A DNA stretch of 64,000 nucleotides from Bacteroidota bacterium (GTDB taxonomy: Bacteria; Bacteroidota; Bacteroidia; UBA7662; JAYUJN01): assembly GCA_043765195.1 (NCBI GenBank), contig JAYUJN010000001.1:6171-70170 (forward strand), written 5' to 3'. Below the pieces are notes generated by a model. It did no database searches. It was not told the DNA's origin and saw only the letters and a program-made list of their open reading frames with translations. Positions within the stretch are counted from its first letter, which is position 1; each line of letters begins with the position of its first letter. Shown here piece by piece: positions 35,586 through 45,144 of the stretch. The translations under genes were made by a program, and so were the position numbers.

Positions 35586-36686
35586 TTAAAAAGGACTTTT
35601 ATATTTTGGGTTGTTTGTAAAGCTGGTATCGGTAAGGGTTTTCAAAAAATTGACCATATCCGTTACGTCCGAGTTTGTAAACCGCAAGCCTTCGCCCACC
35701 GATTTTATTACGGGGTCGATGGTGTTCGAGCCTTTTTGGTGGAAGTTATAAAAATCTATGGTTTCCCTCAACGTCGCAAACCTACCGTCGTGCATATACG
35801 GCGCACTAAGCTCGATGTTGCGCAGGGTTGGCGTTTTAAATTTGCCTTGGTCTTGGGGCAAGCCCGTAACCATTCCTCTGCCTCCGTCGGTAAATACACT
35901 ATCCAAGCCGTTGTTTGTAAACTTATTGGTGCTAAAAAACACGTTTCCGTGGCAGTGGAAGCAGTCGCCGCCGCCCTTTAAACCCGAGGCGGTGCTTTTA
36001 AACTCTTTATCAAATAGCGATTTTCCGTTTGCCTCCGAGGTAGTGAGCGAGGCTTCGCCTCGCAGGTATTTGTCGTACTTCGAGTTGCCCGACACAATGG
36101 TGAGCATAAATTGCTCGAGGGCTTTTGCGATGTTTTCGGGTGTGATTTTGGAGTTGCTAAAAGCCTTGGCGAACATCAGTTCATATTTTCTATCGTCGGT
36201 GAGTTTAGCTACCACATTGGGCAGCGTTTCGTGCATTTCTATGGGGTCTTGTATGGGTATGAGGGCTTGCTCTTGCAGGTTTTTGGCTCTACCGTCCCAA
36301 AAAAACGGGCTGTTGCTCCACGCCAAATTAAAAATGGGCATGGCGTTTCTATTCCCTGCTATGCCATCGATGCCCACGCTAAATTGCCTGCTATCGGTCA
36401 GGGCATTGTTTAGGGCGTGGCACGAGGCGCACGATTGCGTGTTGTTGCGGGATAGCTGCGTGTCGTAGAATAGATGCCTGCCCAGCTCCACGCCCTCATC
36501 GGTAAGTGGGTTGTTGGCGGGCAATATGGGTGCTGGAAACCCCACGGGTCTCACAAAATTATAAGGCGTTTGCCCTTGTTTTAAGGCTTGTTTCAGCTCG
36601 CTATCGCAGGCTGTTAGGCTGCACACCGCCACAAAAAACCCAAGAAATAAACCAGTTTTATTATTCATTTTTAATGTATAATTCAA
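35586..36686 (-). CDS. diheme cytochrome c peroxidase family protein (MauG/MbnH-like)
   Basis: Two CxxCH haem motifs (CASCH, CFHCH), a lipoprotein-like N-terminus (SLTAC), and the typical PANNPLTDEGVELGRHLFYD segment. Confidence 0.8.
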   Translation of the reverse strand: MNYTLKMNNKTGLFLGFFVAVCSLTACDSELKQALKQGQTPYNFVRPVGFPAPILPANNPLTDEGVELGRHLFYDTQLSRNNTQSCASCHALNNALTDSRQFSVGIDGIAGNRNAMPIFNLAWSNSPFFWDGRAKNLQEQALIPIQDPIEMHETLPNVVAKLTDDRKYELMFAKAFSNSKITPENIAKALEQFMLTIVSGNSKYDKYLRGEASLTTSEANGKSLFDKEFKSTASGLKGGGDCFHCHGNVFFSTNKFTNNGLDSVFTDGGRGMVTGLPQDQGKFKTPTLRNIELSAPYMHDGRFATLRETIDFYNFHQKGSNTIDPVIKSVGEGLRFTNSDVTDMVNFLKTLTDTSFTNNPKYKSPF

Positions 36687-36691
36687 TATTT

Positions 36692-37429
36692 TTACCGCAA
36701 ATAAACCAAGCTAACCATGTCCTTCATGTTTTCTGCCAATTTGGGTGCTATTATTGCATCGCCTACGGTGTTGGTAGCTTCGCCAGTTTCGAAATTATGC
36801 GTGCCAAAAAACTTTTTTATGTCCAAATTGATGTTTCCACTCAGGCTTTTGCCGTCTATCACAAAGTTTTTATCGAGGGTGTACGTGCGAGCAAACTCAT
36901 CTGAACCTATGTGGTAAAAATACGTGCTGCGTGTGCCGTCGGCTTTGTTGTATCTGCCCTCCACCTTAAAGAAAATAAAGCCAGGGTTCCAGCTCCAATA
37001 CATATCGTTGTGTACCGATTGGTGCAGCACCGTTTTGGGCGATACGCTGGCGGGGTCGCCGTGGTTGCTGGTGGGGTCTATGCCTATCACAAATTTTATT
37101 TGCTTGTAATTTCCGCCAGGCGCATCTATGCTAAAACTCGATTGGTTTTCGCTTACATCTATCAGCCCTGTGGTATTTATGGGTACTTCTACGCCGTTTG
37201 CTTCCACCATCACTATTTCATCTACAAAATACTTTATTTTTTCTATGCTTATCTCGCTGTTTGCGGCTTGATTTAGGTATCTGCCCGAAAAAATAATGAT
37301 AGGCGTATCGCCAAAACTGTGCGAAAACGTCAAATTTATTTTGGCATCATTTGGTTCGGGTTCGCTCACGGTACACCCACCCAAGCCTAAAATGAGTAAA
37401 AAGCACAGCGCAAAAGAGATTTTTTTCAT
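36692..37429 (-). CDS. MbnP-family protein (partner of MbnH-type diheme peroxidases)
   Basis: Lipobox LGLGGC. Pattern INLTFSHSFGDTPI ... IEKIKYFVDEIVMVEANG ... MYWSWNPGFIFFKVEG matches my recollection of the MbnP family. It lies 5 nt upstream of the peroxidase gene. Confidence 0.6.
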   Translation of the reverse strand: MKKISFALCFLLILGLGGCTVSEPEPNDAKINLTFSHSFGDTPIIIFSGRYLNQAANSEISIEKIKYFVDEIVMVEANGVEVPINTTGLIDVSENQSSFSIDAPGGNYKQIKFVIGIDPTSNHGDPASVSPKTVLHQSVHNDMYWSWNPGFIFFKVEGRYNKADGTRSTYFYHIGSDEFARTYTLDKNFVIDGKSLSGNINLDIKKFFGTHNFETGEATNTVGDAIIAPKLAENMKDMVSLVYLR

Positions 37430-37564
37430 GGTTGTATTTATTTAAAAAAGGATTTATTTGTTGCCGATGCCCCTGCGAGCATTCGTCGTTTTTGTGTAAT
37501 TGCCCCATTTACCTTTACGTATTAAACGGTGTTGGGGTTTGTTTGTTTTGTTGTATCTCAAAAA

Positions 37565-40348
37565 TTAGTGCGCCTCGAGCCAGTTTTTACCCACGCCTAT
37601 TTCTATTTCCAGGGGTACGCTTAGGCTCATGGCGGTGGTCATGCAGTGTTTTATGGTGGTTTTTAGGGCGGGCAATTCACTATTTAGCGCATCAAAAACC
37701 AGTTCGTCGTGTACTTGCAAGGTCATTTTAGAAACCAAGTTTTGCTCCTGTATCGAAGTTTGGGTTTTTATCATGGCGAGCTTTATAAGGTCGGCTGCCG
37801 AACCCTGAATTGGGGCATTTATCGCATTGCGTTCGGCGTGTTGCCGTAGGGCTACGTTGCGGTTATTTATGTCGGCGAGGTAGCGTTTTCTGCCCAAAAT
37901 AGTCTCCACAAAGCCGTTTTCTCGAGCCAAATTTATTTGGTTGTCCATAAACAGTTTTATGCCTGGGTAGCTGGCAAAATATTCTTTGATGAGTTCCGAG
38001 GCTTCGGCTCGGGCTACGCCGAGCCGCTGTGCCAAACCAAAGGCAGAAATACCGTAAATAATGCCGAAGTTTACCATTTTTGCCTTGCGCCGTTGCTCGC
38101 TGTTCACGTCGCTTGGGCTTGTACCAAAAACCTTGGCTGCCGTGGCGGTGTGAATGTCTATGCCTTGCAAAAATGCGTTTATCATGGCTTGCTCCTGGCT
38201 AAAATGCGCCATAATGCGCAGTTCTATTTGCGAATAATCCGCAGAAACGATGCTAAACTCGGAGCTGCGTGGCACAAAAGCACGGCGCACCTCACGCCCT
38301 TGCTCGGTGCGTATGGGTATGTTTTGCAGGTTTGGGTTATTGCTACTGAGCCTGCCTGTGGCAGCCACGGCTTGGTTAAACGATGTGTGCAGCCTACTTG
38401 TTTGGCTGTTTATGAGTTCGGGCAGGGCATCTACGTAGGTGCTTTTTAGTTTTTGTAAGCCCCTAAAATCCAGCACTTTGGCGGCTATTGGGTGTTTTGG
38501 GGCGAGGTTTTGCAGTACTTCTTCGTCGGTTTTGTATTGCCCTGTGGCGGTTTTTGGCGGCTTGCTATCCAGCTTTAACAAATCAAAAAATACTTCGCCT
38601 ATTTGCTTCGGCGAGGCAATGTTGAAGTGCGTGCCAGCGAGGCTATAAATCTCTTTTTCGATGCCCACCACCGCTATCTCGAGTTCTTTTGAGTATTCGT
38701 TTAAGGCTTGTTTGTCTAAGGCTACGCCTTCGGTTTCGAGCTGTGCCAGCACACGCAGCAGGGGCAGTTCTACGTCGTAAAACAGTTTTTCTAATTTGGG
38801 TTCGGCGGCAAGGGCTTTTTCAAACACAAGTTTTAGTTGCAGCGTAATGTCGGCATCTTCGCAGGCGTAGTCCGTTATTTTTTCGAGGTCCACGGAGCGC
38901 ATGGTTAGTTGGTTTTTGCCCTTCTTCCCTATCAATTCGCTGATGCTGGTGGTTTGGTAGCCCAAATAGCTGCTGGCAAGGTAGTCCATGTTGTGGCGTT
39001 GGTCGGGCTGCAATAGGTAGTGCGCCAGCATGGTATCAAAGAGTTTTCCTTGTATATTTATGCCATATTTGAGCAAAACCTCGAGGTCAAACTTGATGTT
39101 TTGCCCTATTTTTTCGATGTTTGGGTTCTCGAAAAACGGTTTAAAAATCTGCACAATTTTATGCGTTTCCTCAAAATCGTCGGGCGTGGGTATGTAAAAC
39201 GCTTGGTGCGGCGTGTAGGCAAACGAAATGCCCACCAGCCCGCAGGTAATGGTATCCAGCCCGTCGGTTTCGGTATCGAAGCACACGCTTGGCTGCGCCT
39301 CGAGGGTTTTTGCCAGCTCGAGCATGGCTGCGTGGGTGGTTATGGCGTGGTATTGTGTGGGCTTTTTTTCCAAAAAAACGGGTGCGGCATCGGCTGTGGG
39401 CGCACTTGGTGGCTCGGGCAGCGCATTGCCAAAAAGGTCGAGCTGCGGCGCATTGCTGGGCTGGGCTTTGGCGGTGGCACTCGGGTTGAGCATGGTTTTT
39501 AGCAGGGTTTTAAATTCCAGCTCCTCATATATTTGGGTGAGCGCCTCGAGGTTGGGTTCGGCTATTTTTAGGGCATCTAAATCAAAGGGCATCGGCACAT
39601 CTATGTCTATGGTCGCCAGTTGCTTGCTCAATAGCCCTTTATCGCCATTTGCCATAATGGTTTCTTTTTGTTTGCCAGTGAGTTGGTGGGTGTTTTGCAG
39701 CAGGTTTTCGATGCTACCAAATTTTTGCAGCAGGGTTTTGGCGGTTTTTTCGCCTATGCCAGGTATGCCAGGTATGTTGTCGGAGGTATCGCCCATCAGC
39801 CCCAAAATATCGATGAGTTGCTTGGGTGTTTCGATGCTCCATTGCGCCAAAATTTCGGGTACGCCCAGCACCTCAAACCCCACTTCTTTGCGAGAGGGTT
39901 TGTACATAAAAATGTTTTCGCTCACTAATTGCCCGTAGTCCTTATCGGGCGTAACCATAAAAACCTGCACGCCAGCCGCCGCCGCCTTGGTGGCAAAACT
40001 ACCGATGATGTCGTCCGCCTCAAATCCTTCTTTGATTAAAATCGGTATGTTTTTTGCCTCCAAAACCTTGTAAAGATACGGCAGCCCGTCCCTGATGCCG
40101 TCGGGCATGGCTTGCCGCTGCGCCTTGTACTCGGGGTAGGCGATGTGCCTAAACGTGGGCGCAGCCAAATCGAAACTCACGGCTAAATGCGTGGGCTGCT
40201 CCTTGTTGGTTATTTGGTTTAGGGTGGTAATAAAGCCATAAATTGCGCTGGTGTTCAGCCCTTTGCTGGTGAGGCGTGGGGCATACTGAAAGGCATAAAA
40301 AGCACGGTAAACCAGCGCCATTCCGTCTAATAAAAAAAGTTTTTGCAT
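37565..40348 (-). CDS. polA: DNA polymerase I
   Basis: 5'-nuclease N-terminus, 3'-5' exonuclease region, and polymerase motifs DYSQIELRIMAH and LQVHDELVFD. 927 aa. Confidence 0.95.
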   Translation of the reverse strand: MQKLFLLDGMALVYRAFYAFQYAPRLTSKGLNTSAIYGFITTLNQITNKEQPTHLAVSFDLAAPTFRHIAYPEYKAQRQAMPDGIRDGLPYLYKVLEAKNIPILIKEGFEADDIIGSFATKAAAAGVQVFMVTPDKDYGQLVSENIFMYKPSRKEVGFEVLGVPEILAQWSIETPKQLIDILGLMGDTSDNIPGIPGIGEKTAKTLLQKFGSIENLLQNTHQLTGKQKETIMANGDKGLLSKQLATIDIDVPMPFDLDALKIAEPNLEALTQIYEELEFKTLLKTMLNPSATAKAQPSNAPQLDLFGNALPEPPSAPTADAAPVFLEKKPTQYHAITTHAAMLELAKTLEAQPSVCFDTETDGLDTITCGLVGISFAYTPHQAFYIPTPDDFEETHKIVQIFKPFFENPNIEKIGQNIKFDLEVLLKYGINIQGKLFDTMLAHYLLQPDQRHNMDYLASSYLGYQTTSISELIGKKGKNQLTMRSVDLEKITDYACEDADITLQLKLVFEKALAAEPKLEKLFYDVELPLLRVLAQLETEGVALDKQALNEYSKELEIAVVGIEKEIYSLAGTHFNIASPKQIGEVFFDLLKLDSKPPKTATGQYKTDEEVLQNLAPKHPIAAKVLDFRGLQKLKSTYVDALPELINSQTSRLHTSFNQAVAATGRLSSNNPNLQNIPIRTEQGREVRRAFVPRSSEFSIVSADYSQIELRIMAHFSQEQAMINAFLQGIDIHTATAAKVFGTSPSDVNSEQRRKAKMVNFGIIYGISAFGLAQRLGVARAEASELIKEYFASYPGIKLFMDNQINLARENGFVETILGRKRYLADINNRNVALRQHAERNAINAPIQGSAADLIKLAMIKTQTSIQEQNLVSKMTLQVHDELVFDALNSELPALKTTIKHCMTTAMSLSVPLEIEIGVGKNWLEAH

Positions 40349-40365
40349 CTACATAATTGTTTATA

Positions 40366-40373
40366 CAAAGGTA
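40366..40373 (-). promoter_or_regulatory. -7 promoter box for polA
   Basis: The reverse strand reads TACCTTTG. The polA ATG lies 18 nt downstream. Confidence 0.45.
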
Positions 40374-40445
40374 GAAACTTTAACCGAACAAAAGGGCAGT
40401 TTTTTGTGTTTTCTACCATTGACACCCAATATTTATAACCACTAA

Positions 40446-41147
40446 GTGAAAAAATACCTAATTCTTTTTCTGCTGCTCGGCGTACCGCCTATTTTTTACA
40501 TTTTTTACGTAACATTTGCCCAAAATAAATACAAAAAACAGCCCTACTACGGCGCACGCCTCGATACTTTTACGGCTTACAACCGCAAAGGAAAACCGTA
40601 CATAGATACCGTTTACCACAAAATAGCCGATTTTAGCTTCACCGACCAAAACAGCCGCACTTACAACAGTACCGATAGCCTGAACGGGCGCATTTATGTG
40701 GCGCATTTTTTTTATGCCACACCCAACGGGTTGAGCAAAAGCCTTATATACCAGTTTACGAGGGTTCAGAGTGCGTTTTCCGACAATCCAAAAGTGCGCT
40801 TGGTTTCCTTTACCGTAAACCCCGAGCGAGATACACCCGAAAAAATGAACTTATTTGCCCAAAAAAATGGCATCAACTACCCAAAATGGGTAGTACTTTC
40901 GGGCAACCGCACGGAGATAGAAACACTTGCCCAAAAGAGTTTTTTGCAGCTAAATAGTGGCTCGCAAAACGACGGGTTTTTCAACTCCTCGAGAGCCATA
41001 GTGATAGACGACGAAGGGCATATACGGGGCATATACGACGGCACATCTGCCCGCCCCACCGACGAAATGATGGGCGCAATACGTGGCTTGCTCATAGAGT
41101 ACACCAACCGCAAGCCGCTTTTGAAGGCACTAAACGCCAAAAACTAA
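40446..41147 (+). CDS. SCO1/SenC-like thioredoxin-fold protein lacking the CxxxC and His copper ligands
   Basis: SCO-like layout (FSFTDQNSRTY ... VSFTVNPERDTPEKM ... WVVLSGNRTEIETLAQKSF ... IVIDDEGHIRGIYDG). The position of FxxxCxxxCP reads FFYATPNGLSKSL, and the usual His position reads NSS. GTG start. Confidence 0.65.
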   Translation: MKKYLILFLLLGVPPIFYIFYVTFAQNKYKKQPYYGARLDTFTAYNRKGKPYIDTVYHKIADFSFTDQNSRTYNSTDSLNGRIYVAHFFYATPNGLSKSLIYQFTRVQSAFSDNPKVRLVSFTVNPERDTPEKMNLFAQKNGINYPKWVVLSGNRTEIETLAQKSFLQLNSGSQNDGFFNSSRAIVIDDEGHIRGIYDGTSARPTDEMMGAIRGLLIEYTNRKPLLKALNAKN

Positions 41148-41153
41148 CCAAAT

Positions 41154-41501
41154 TTACGCAGCCGCACCGAAGCCCGCACCGAGCTCGAGTTCTTGCAAGC
41201 AATAGTCGAGGTAGCCTTGTGTGGTGGCTATGGCGGCTACTTTTAGCTTGTAAAACTCCAAGCGGCGGGTTTCGAACCTGTGCCACCACGCAGCCGCAGC
41301 CACGCCCTCGGTGCTAAGTGCCACAATGGTTTCGTGCATTTTTTTGGCTGTGCCGCCTGGTTTGCCGCCCTCGCATTGCCTGATGCTCTTGGCTATCTGG
41401 CGCAGGTCTTGGGCAAATTGTTCAAAGTCGGTGCTGCCTACCAAAAAATTTTCTTGTATTTGGCTAAGTTTGTTTTGTATGTCTAAAATTGGATTTTTCA
41501 T
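41154..41501 (-). CDS. hypothetical protein (115 aa)
   Basis: ORF with ATG start and no recognised motif. It converges on the SCO-like gene with a 6-nt gap. Confidence 0.4.
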   Translation of the reverse strand: MKNPILDIQNKLSQIQENFLVGSTDFEQFAQDLRQIAKSIRQCEGGKPGGTAKKMHETIVALSTEGVAAAAWWHRFETRRLEFYKLKVAAIATTQGYLDYCLQELELGAGFGAAA

Positions 41502-41563
41502 GGTTCTTTGTTTATTTCACCACAAAACTACCAACCCAATAGGACACCTTTTGTCAAAAAAAA

Positions 41564-42895
41564 CTAACCCAGTTTTTTGGATAGGTAAAAAAAGCGTTTT
41601 ACCAGCAAAAAAGCCACAATAAGCAGCCCAAACGACAGCGCATACCAAATGCCAGCTTCGTTTAGCTGAAACCTAAATGCCAGCACATAGCCCATGGGTA
41701 TAGCCAGCACCCAGTAGGCGATTGTTATCATGATGGTCGGAACTTTTACGTCTTCCAGCCCACGTAGCAAGCCCGCCGCCACGGCTTGTGCGCCGTCGAA
41801 TATCTGAAAAAATGCGGCAATAACCAGTAGCTCTGCTGCAATGCGCACCACCTCATCGTCGTCGATAAAAAATGCGGCGATGGCGTGGCTGAACAAAAGC
41901 AATATCAAGCCGCAAACGCCCATAAAACCGATGCCCATCACCAACGAACTTTTGCCGATGTTGGTTACTTTTTCGTAGTTTTTTTCGCCCCTTGCCTTGC
42001 TTATAAGTATGGCACTGGCGGCGGCTAAGGCACTTACTACAATAAAAGAAAGCACGGCTATGTTTATGGCTATGTTGTGGGCAGCCAACGATTTTGTGCC
42101 TATCCAACCCATCATAATGGCGGCTACGCTAAATGCGCCTGCTTCCAAAGTCCACTGCAAACCGCCTGGTATGCCCAGTTTTAGCAGGCGAACAATCACA
42201 TCTTTTTTGGGCTTGGGCAGTATGTCTCTCGGAAAAAACGGCTTGAATACTGGCTTGCGCATCACAAAAATCATTAGCCCCACCATGATGGCGGTGCGGG
42301 TAAAAAAAGTGCCGTAGGCAGCGCCCATGTAGCCGTTGTAAAAGGTTATTTCGCCTGGGTTTGAGTTCATAAGCCAGTAGTTTAGCACAATGTTTAGCGG
42401 AACTGCCAGCAGCGCGGCTATGAGCGGCGGTATTACTATTTCGAGTCCTTCCGAAAATTGTTTGTAAGTCATAAAAACCATAAACGGAATAAACGACAAG
42501 CCGATAACTTGTAAAAAAGGTTTTGCGAGTATGCTTACTTCTGGCGGCTGGTTTAAATAAAAAACGATGTTTGCCCCGAAAAATATGGTAGCGGCTATAA
42601 TAATGGCAGCTATCATGTTTAGCATCAGCGAGTTATTGAGCATAATGGCTGCTTTTTTGGTTTCGCCTTTGCTTAGGGCATTGGCTAAAATGGGGCTTAG
42701 GGCGTAGGCAAGCCCCAAACCAAATAGCATGATAACCGAAAAAATGCTGTTTGCAAGTGCCACGGCGGCGAGCGGCGTAGCGCCCAATTTGCCCACCATA
42801 TAGGCATCTACCAAGCCGAGCAGTATCTGGGATAGTTGCCCCAAAATCATGGGCAGGGCGAGGTTGAGCGTATTTTTGGATTCTTGCAGTAGCAT
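41564..42895 (-). CDS. MATE-family efflux transporter
   Basis: 443 aa with about 12 hydrophobic segments and a typical N-terminus (LALPMILGQLSQILLGLVDAYMVGKLG). Confidence 0.85.
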   Translation of the reverse strand: MLLQESKNTLNLALPMILGQLSQILLGLVDAYMVGKLGATPLAAVALANSIFSVIMLFGLGLAYALSPILANALSKGETKKAAIMLNNSLMLNMIAAIIIAATIFFGANIVFYLNQPPEVSILAKPFLQVIGLSFIPFMVFMTYKQFSEGLEIVIPPLIAALLAVPLNIVLNYWLMNSNPGEITFYNGYMGAAYGTFFTRTAIMVGLMIFVMRKPVFKPFFPRDILPKPKKDVIVRLLKLGIPGGLQWTLEAGAFSVAAIMMGWIGTKSLAAHNIAINIAVLSFIVVSALAAASAILISKARGEKNYEKVTNIGKSSLVMGIGFMGVCGLILLLFSHAIAAFFIDDDEVVRIAAELLVIAAFFQIFDGAQAVAAGLLRGLEDVKVPTIMITIAYWVLAIPMGYVLAFRFQLNEAGIWYALSFGLLIVAFLLVKRFFYLSKKLG

Positions 42896-42916
42896 AGGGT
42901 ATTTGTATAAAGCAAA

Positions 42917-42942
42917 CAGCCCCGAAGTATTTCGGGGTGCTG
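42917..42942 (-). terminator. hairpin between the small membrane ORF and the MATE gene
   Basis: Stem CCCCGAA / TTCGGGG with a GTAT loop and partial extension (CAGC...GCTG with a bulge). T-rich sequence follows on both strands. Confidence 0.4.
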
Positions 42943-42961
42943 TATTTTGGGTAAAAATATG

Positions 42962-43162
42962 TTATTTTTTGTTCCTGGCTTTGTTGTCCATGTCCTCAAA
43001 AGCACCCGTACAAATGTACCAAGCAGCCGCAGATACCAAGGCGAGCAGTATAAATATGTGCGGGAATTTGATGTTGCCGTGTCCGTTGTACCCTAAGTTC
43101 ATGAGGTATAAAGTAAAGGCTATGGCTGTTGCGCTAAATGCTACGCCGAGTTTAAATTTCAT
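42962..43162 (-). CDS. small two-TM membrane protein, hypothetical
   Basis: Track ORF trimmed to MKFKLGVAFSATAIAFTLYLM...FILLALVSAAAWYIC...NKARNKK. No homology recognised. Confidence 0.35.
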   Translation of the reverse strand: MKFKLGVAFSATAIAFTLYLMNLGYNGHGNIKFPHIFILLALVSAAAWYICTGAFEDMDNKARNKK

Positions 43163-43226
43163 TTTGTGGTTGTTTTGGTGTGCAAAAATAAGCAATAAAA
43201 CTGATATTGCAATGTTTGTGCTGCGG

Positions 43227-45092
43227 TTATTTTGTTTTTAGTCCGAGCAGTTGGTCTATGGGTTGGCTCAGGTTTTCGAGGTAATGGTTTGTGTATTGGT
43301 AGCCTATTTCGGCTATTTTGGTGATAGAACCCATATCCAGCAGCCCGAAGTTTTTTACGGGCGGTTGCAAAAACATGGCTGCCTGCGTGCGCAGGTGTTT
43401 GGTTTTTTGGCTGCTATTTATGAGCGAGGCTCGCAGTATGATTTCTAAAATATCGGGCGTGCGGTTTTTTTGGGGTATGTTTAGCGTTTTTTCCAACAAA
43501 AAACTGAGCAGCGATGGTTTTTTTTTGCCTATTATTTCCAAATTATCGTGCGCCATTACGTCGGCTAATATGGTTTTACCGCCAAATTTTTGGTACATAA
43601 TGTCGGCTGGTAGGTTGTTTATCAGTCCGCCATCTATGAGCATTTTTTGGTTGGTTATCAGCGGCGGAAAAATTACGGGCAGCGATGCGCTGGCTCTTAG
43701 GGCTTGTGCCAGGCTGCCGCTTTGGTGTATTTCTATGTCGGAGGTGGCTAAGTTGCTGGATACGCAAAAGTAGTTGAGCCACATATCTTCTATTTGGGTG
43801 TTGCCAAATATTTTTTGGAGGTCTTCGTCGGCGGTTTTTCCTTTTATAATAGATACCGTGGGCAGGGTATAATCTTTGAGCAGCCGCCAGTTCGAAAAAG
43901 TTTTTTTGCATATTTCCTCCATGCTTTCCGTTTGCCAGTTTAGGGCTATGGAAGTACCAATAACTGCGCCCATGCTGGTGCCGCCCACGGCATCTATGGG
44001 TATGTGGTGTTCTCTTAGGGCTTTTATGATGCCAATGTGCGCCAGCCCTCGTGCGCCGCCGCCGCCCAGTACCAAGCCTATGCACTTGCCCGCCACAATG
44101 CGTGCGAGGCGGTTGTAGCTTTCGGGGGTGTGGTTTTGTATGTGAAAATGGTTTTTTGCGGGGTAGTTTTGCAGCCAGATGGCGGTGTTTTGGGGCGTGC
44201 TTTCGGGTGGGTGCAGCAGGGCTAAGTATATATTTGCTTTGCTGTTGGGTTGGGCGTGGTACAGCAGTTTTTTGAGCTGCGGGCTGGGGTAGGGCGGGCT
44301 TTGGGCATCGGCTACCACCAGTATAAGGTCGGCTTGGCGCAGGCTACGCAGCGTCCACGGGCTGGGGTCGGGGTCGGTTTGGTAGAGTATAAAGCGGTTT
44401 TTTTGTTCCTTTTGGGCGAGCCAAGTCGTTATTTTGTACGAAAAATCGGGGTCGTCTTCGCTTAGTTCTTGGGGCAAGTCTGCGTTTTTGCCAGGGTTTT
44501 GTGGGTTCAGCAGTAGGGTTTTGCCAATGTTGCTCAGGGCTTTGTTCAGGTTTTTGGCAAATATATTTAAGTCCGTATGCTCGTTGGCGGCAATGATCGC
44601 TATGTTGTTTATTTCGGCTTTTGGTTCACTAATTTTGGGCTGGGCAGATGGGTTGTTTAGCCTTTTTAGGGTGGTGTGGGTAATGTGGTAAAAAATCTGC
44701 GGGTACTTTTGGGTCAGTGCCTGAAACTCCGTGTGGCTAAGGCGAGCCAGCACACAATCCCGCAGGGCGAATATGCTCGCCGAGCGTTTTTCTTGCGGAA
44801 ACATCGCCATTTTTCCCACTATTTCGCCGTGTTTTACCTCGCCCACCGTGCGCTCTATGTGCGTGGTGCTGTTTTTTTGGCACACTTGCAGCCGCCCCGC
44901 CACCACTATATAAATGGCATCGGCGGCATCGTTTTGTTTAAAAAGGTACTCGCCGCTTTTAAGCTCTTGCCAGCTTATAGCGGCTTCAAAACTTTGGAGC
45001 ATCGCAGCATCGAGGCTGCCACCAAATAGCTTTAAAAGAATTTCGTGTAAATAGCCGTTTAGTGGGCTGTGGTCGGGCTGGGCGGTTTTCAT
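43227..45092 (-). CDS. cyclic-nucleotide-binding domain fused to patatin-like phospholipase (NTE-like)
   Basis: N-terminal cNMP-binding region (GEYLFKQNDAADAIYIVVAGRLQV ... RSASIFALRDCVL). Patatin motifs GLVLGGGGARGLAHIG, GTSMGA and IDGGLINNLP. Confidence 0.8.
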   Translation of the reverse strand: MKTAQPDHSPLNGYLHEILLKLFGGSLDAAMLQSFEAAISWQELKSGEYLFKQNDAADAIYIVVAGRLQVCQKNSTTHIERTVGEVKHGEIVGKMAMFPQEKRSASIFALRDCVLARLSHTEFQALTQKYPQIFYHITHTTLKRLNNPSAQPKISEPKAEINNIAIIAANEHTDLNIFAKNLNKALSNIGKTLLLNPQNPGKNADLPQELSEDDPDFSYKITTWLAQKEQKNRFILYQTDPDPSPWTLRSLRQADLILVVADAQSPPYPSPQLKKLLYHAQPNSKANIYLALLHPPESTPQNTAIWLQNYPAKNHFHIQNHTPESYNRLARIVAGKCIGLVLGGGGARGLAHIGIIKALREHHIPIDAVGGTSMGAVIGTSIALNWQTESMEEICKKTFSNWRLLKDYTLPTVSIIKGKTADEDLQKIFGNTQIEDMWLNYFCVSSNLATSDIEIHQSGSLAQALRASASLPVIFPPLITNQKMLIDGGLINNLPADIMYQKFGGKTILADVMAHDNLEIIGKKKPSLLSFLLEKTLNIPQKNRTPDILEIILRASLINSSQKTKHLRTQAAMFLQPPVKNFGLLDMGSITKIAEIGYQYTNHYLENLSQPIDQLLGLKTK

Positions 45093-45144
45093 GGCAGTTA
45101 GTTAGCACAAATCTAAGCAAAAAAAGCCAATGCGCCTACACACT

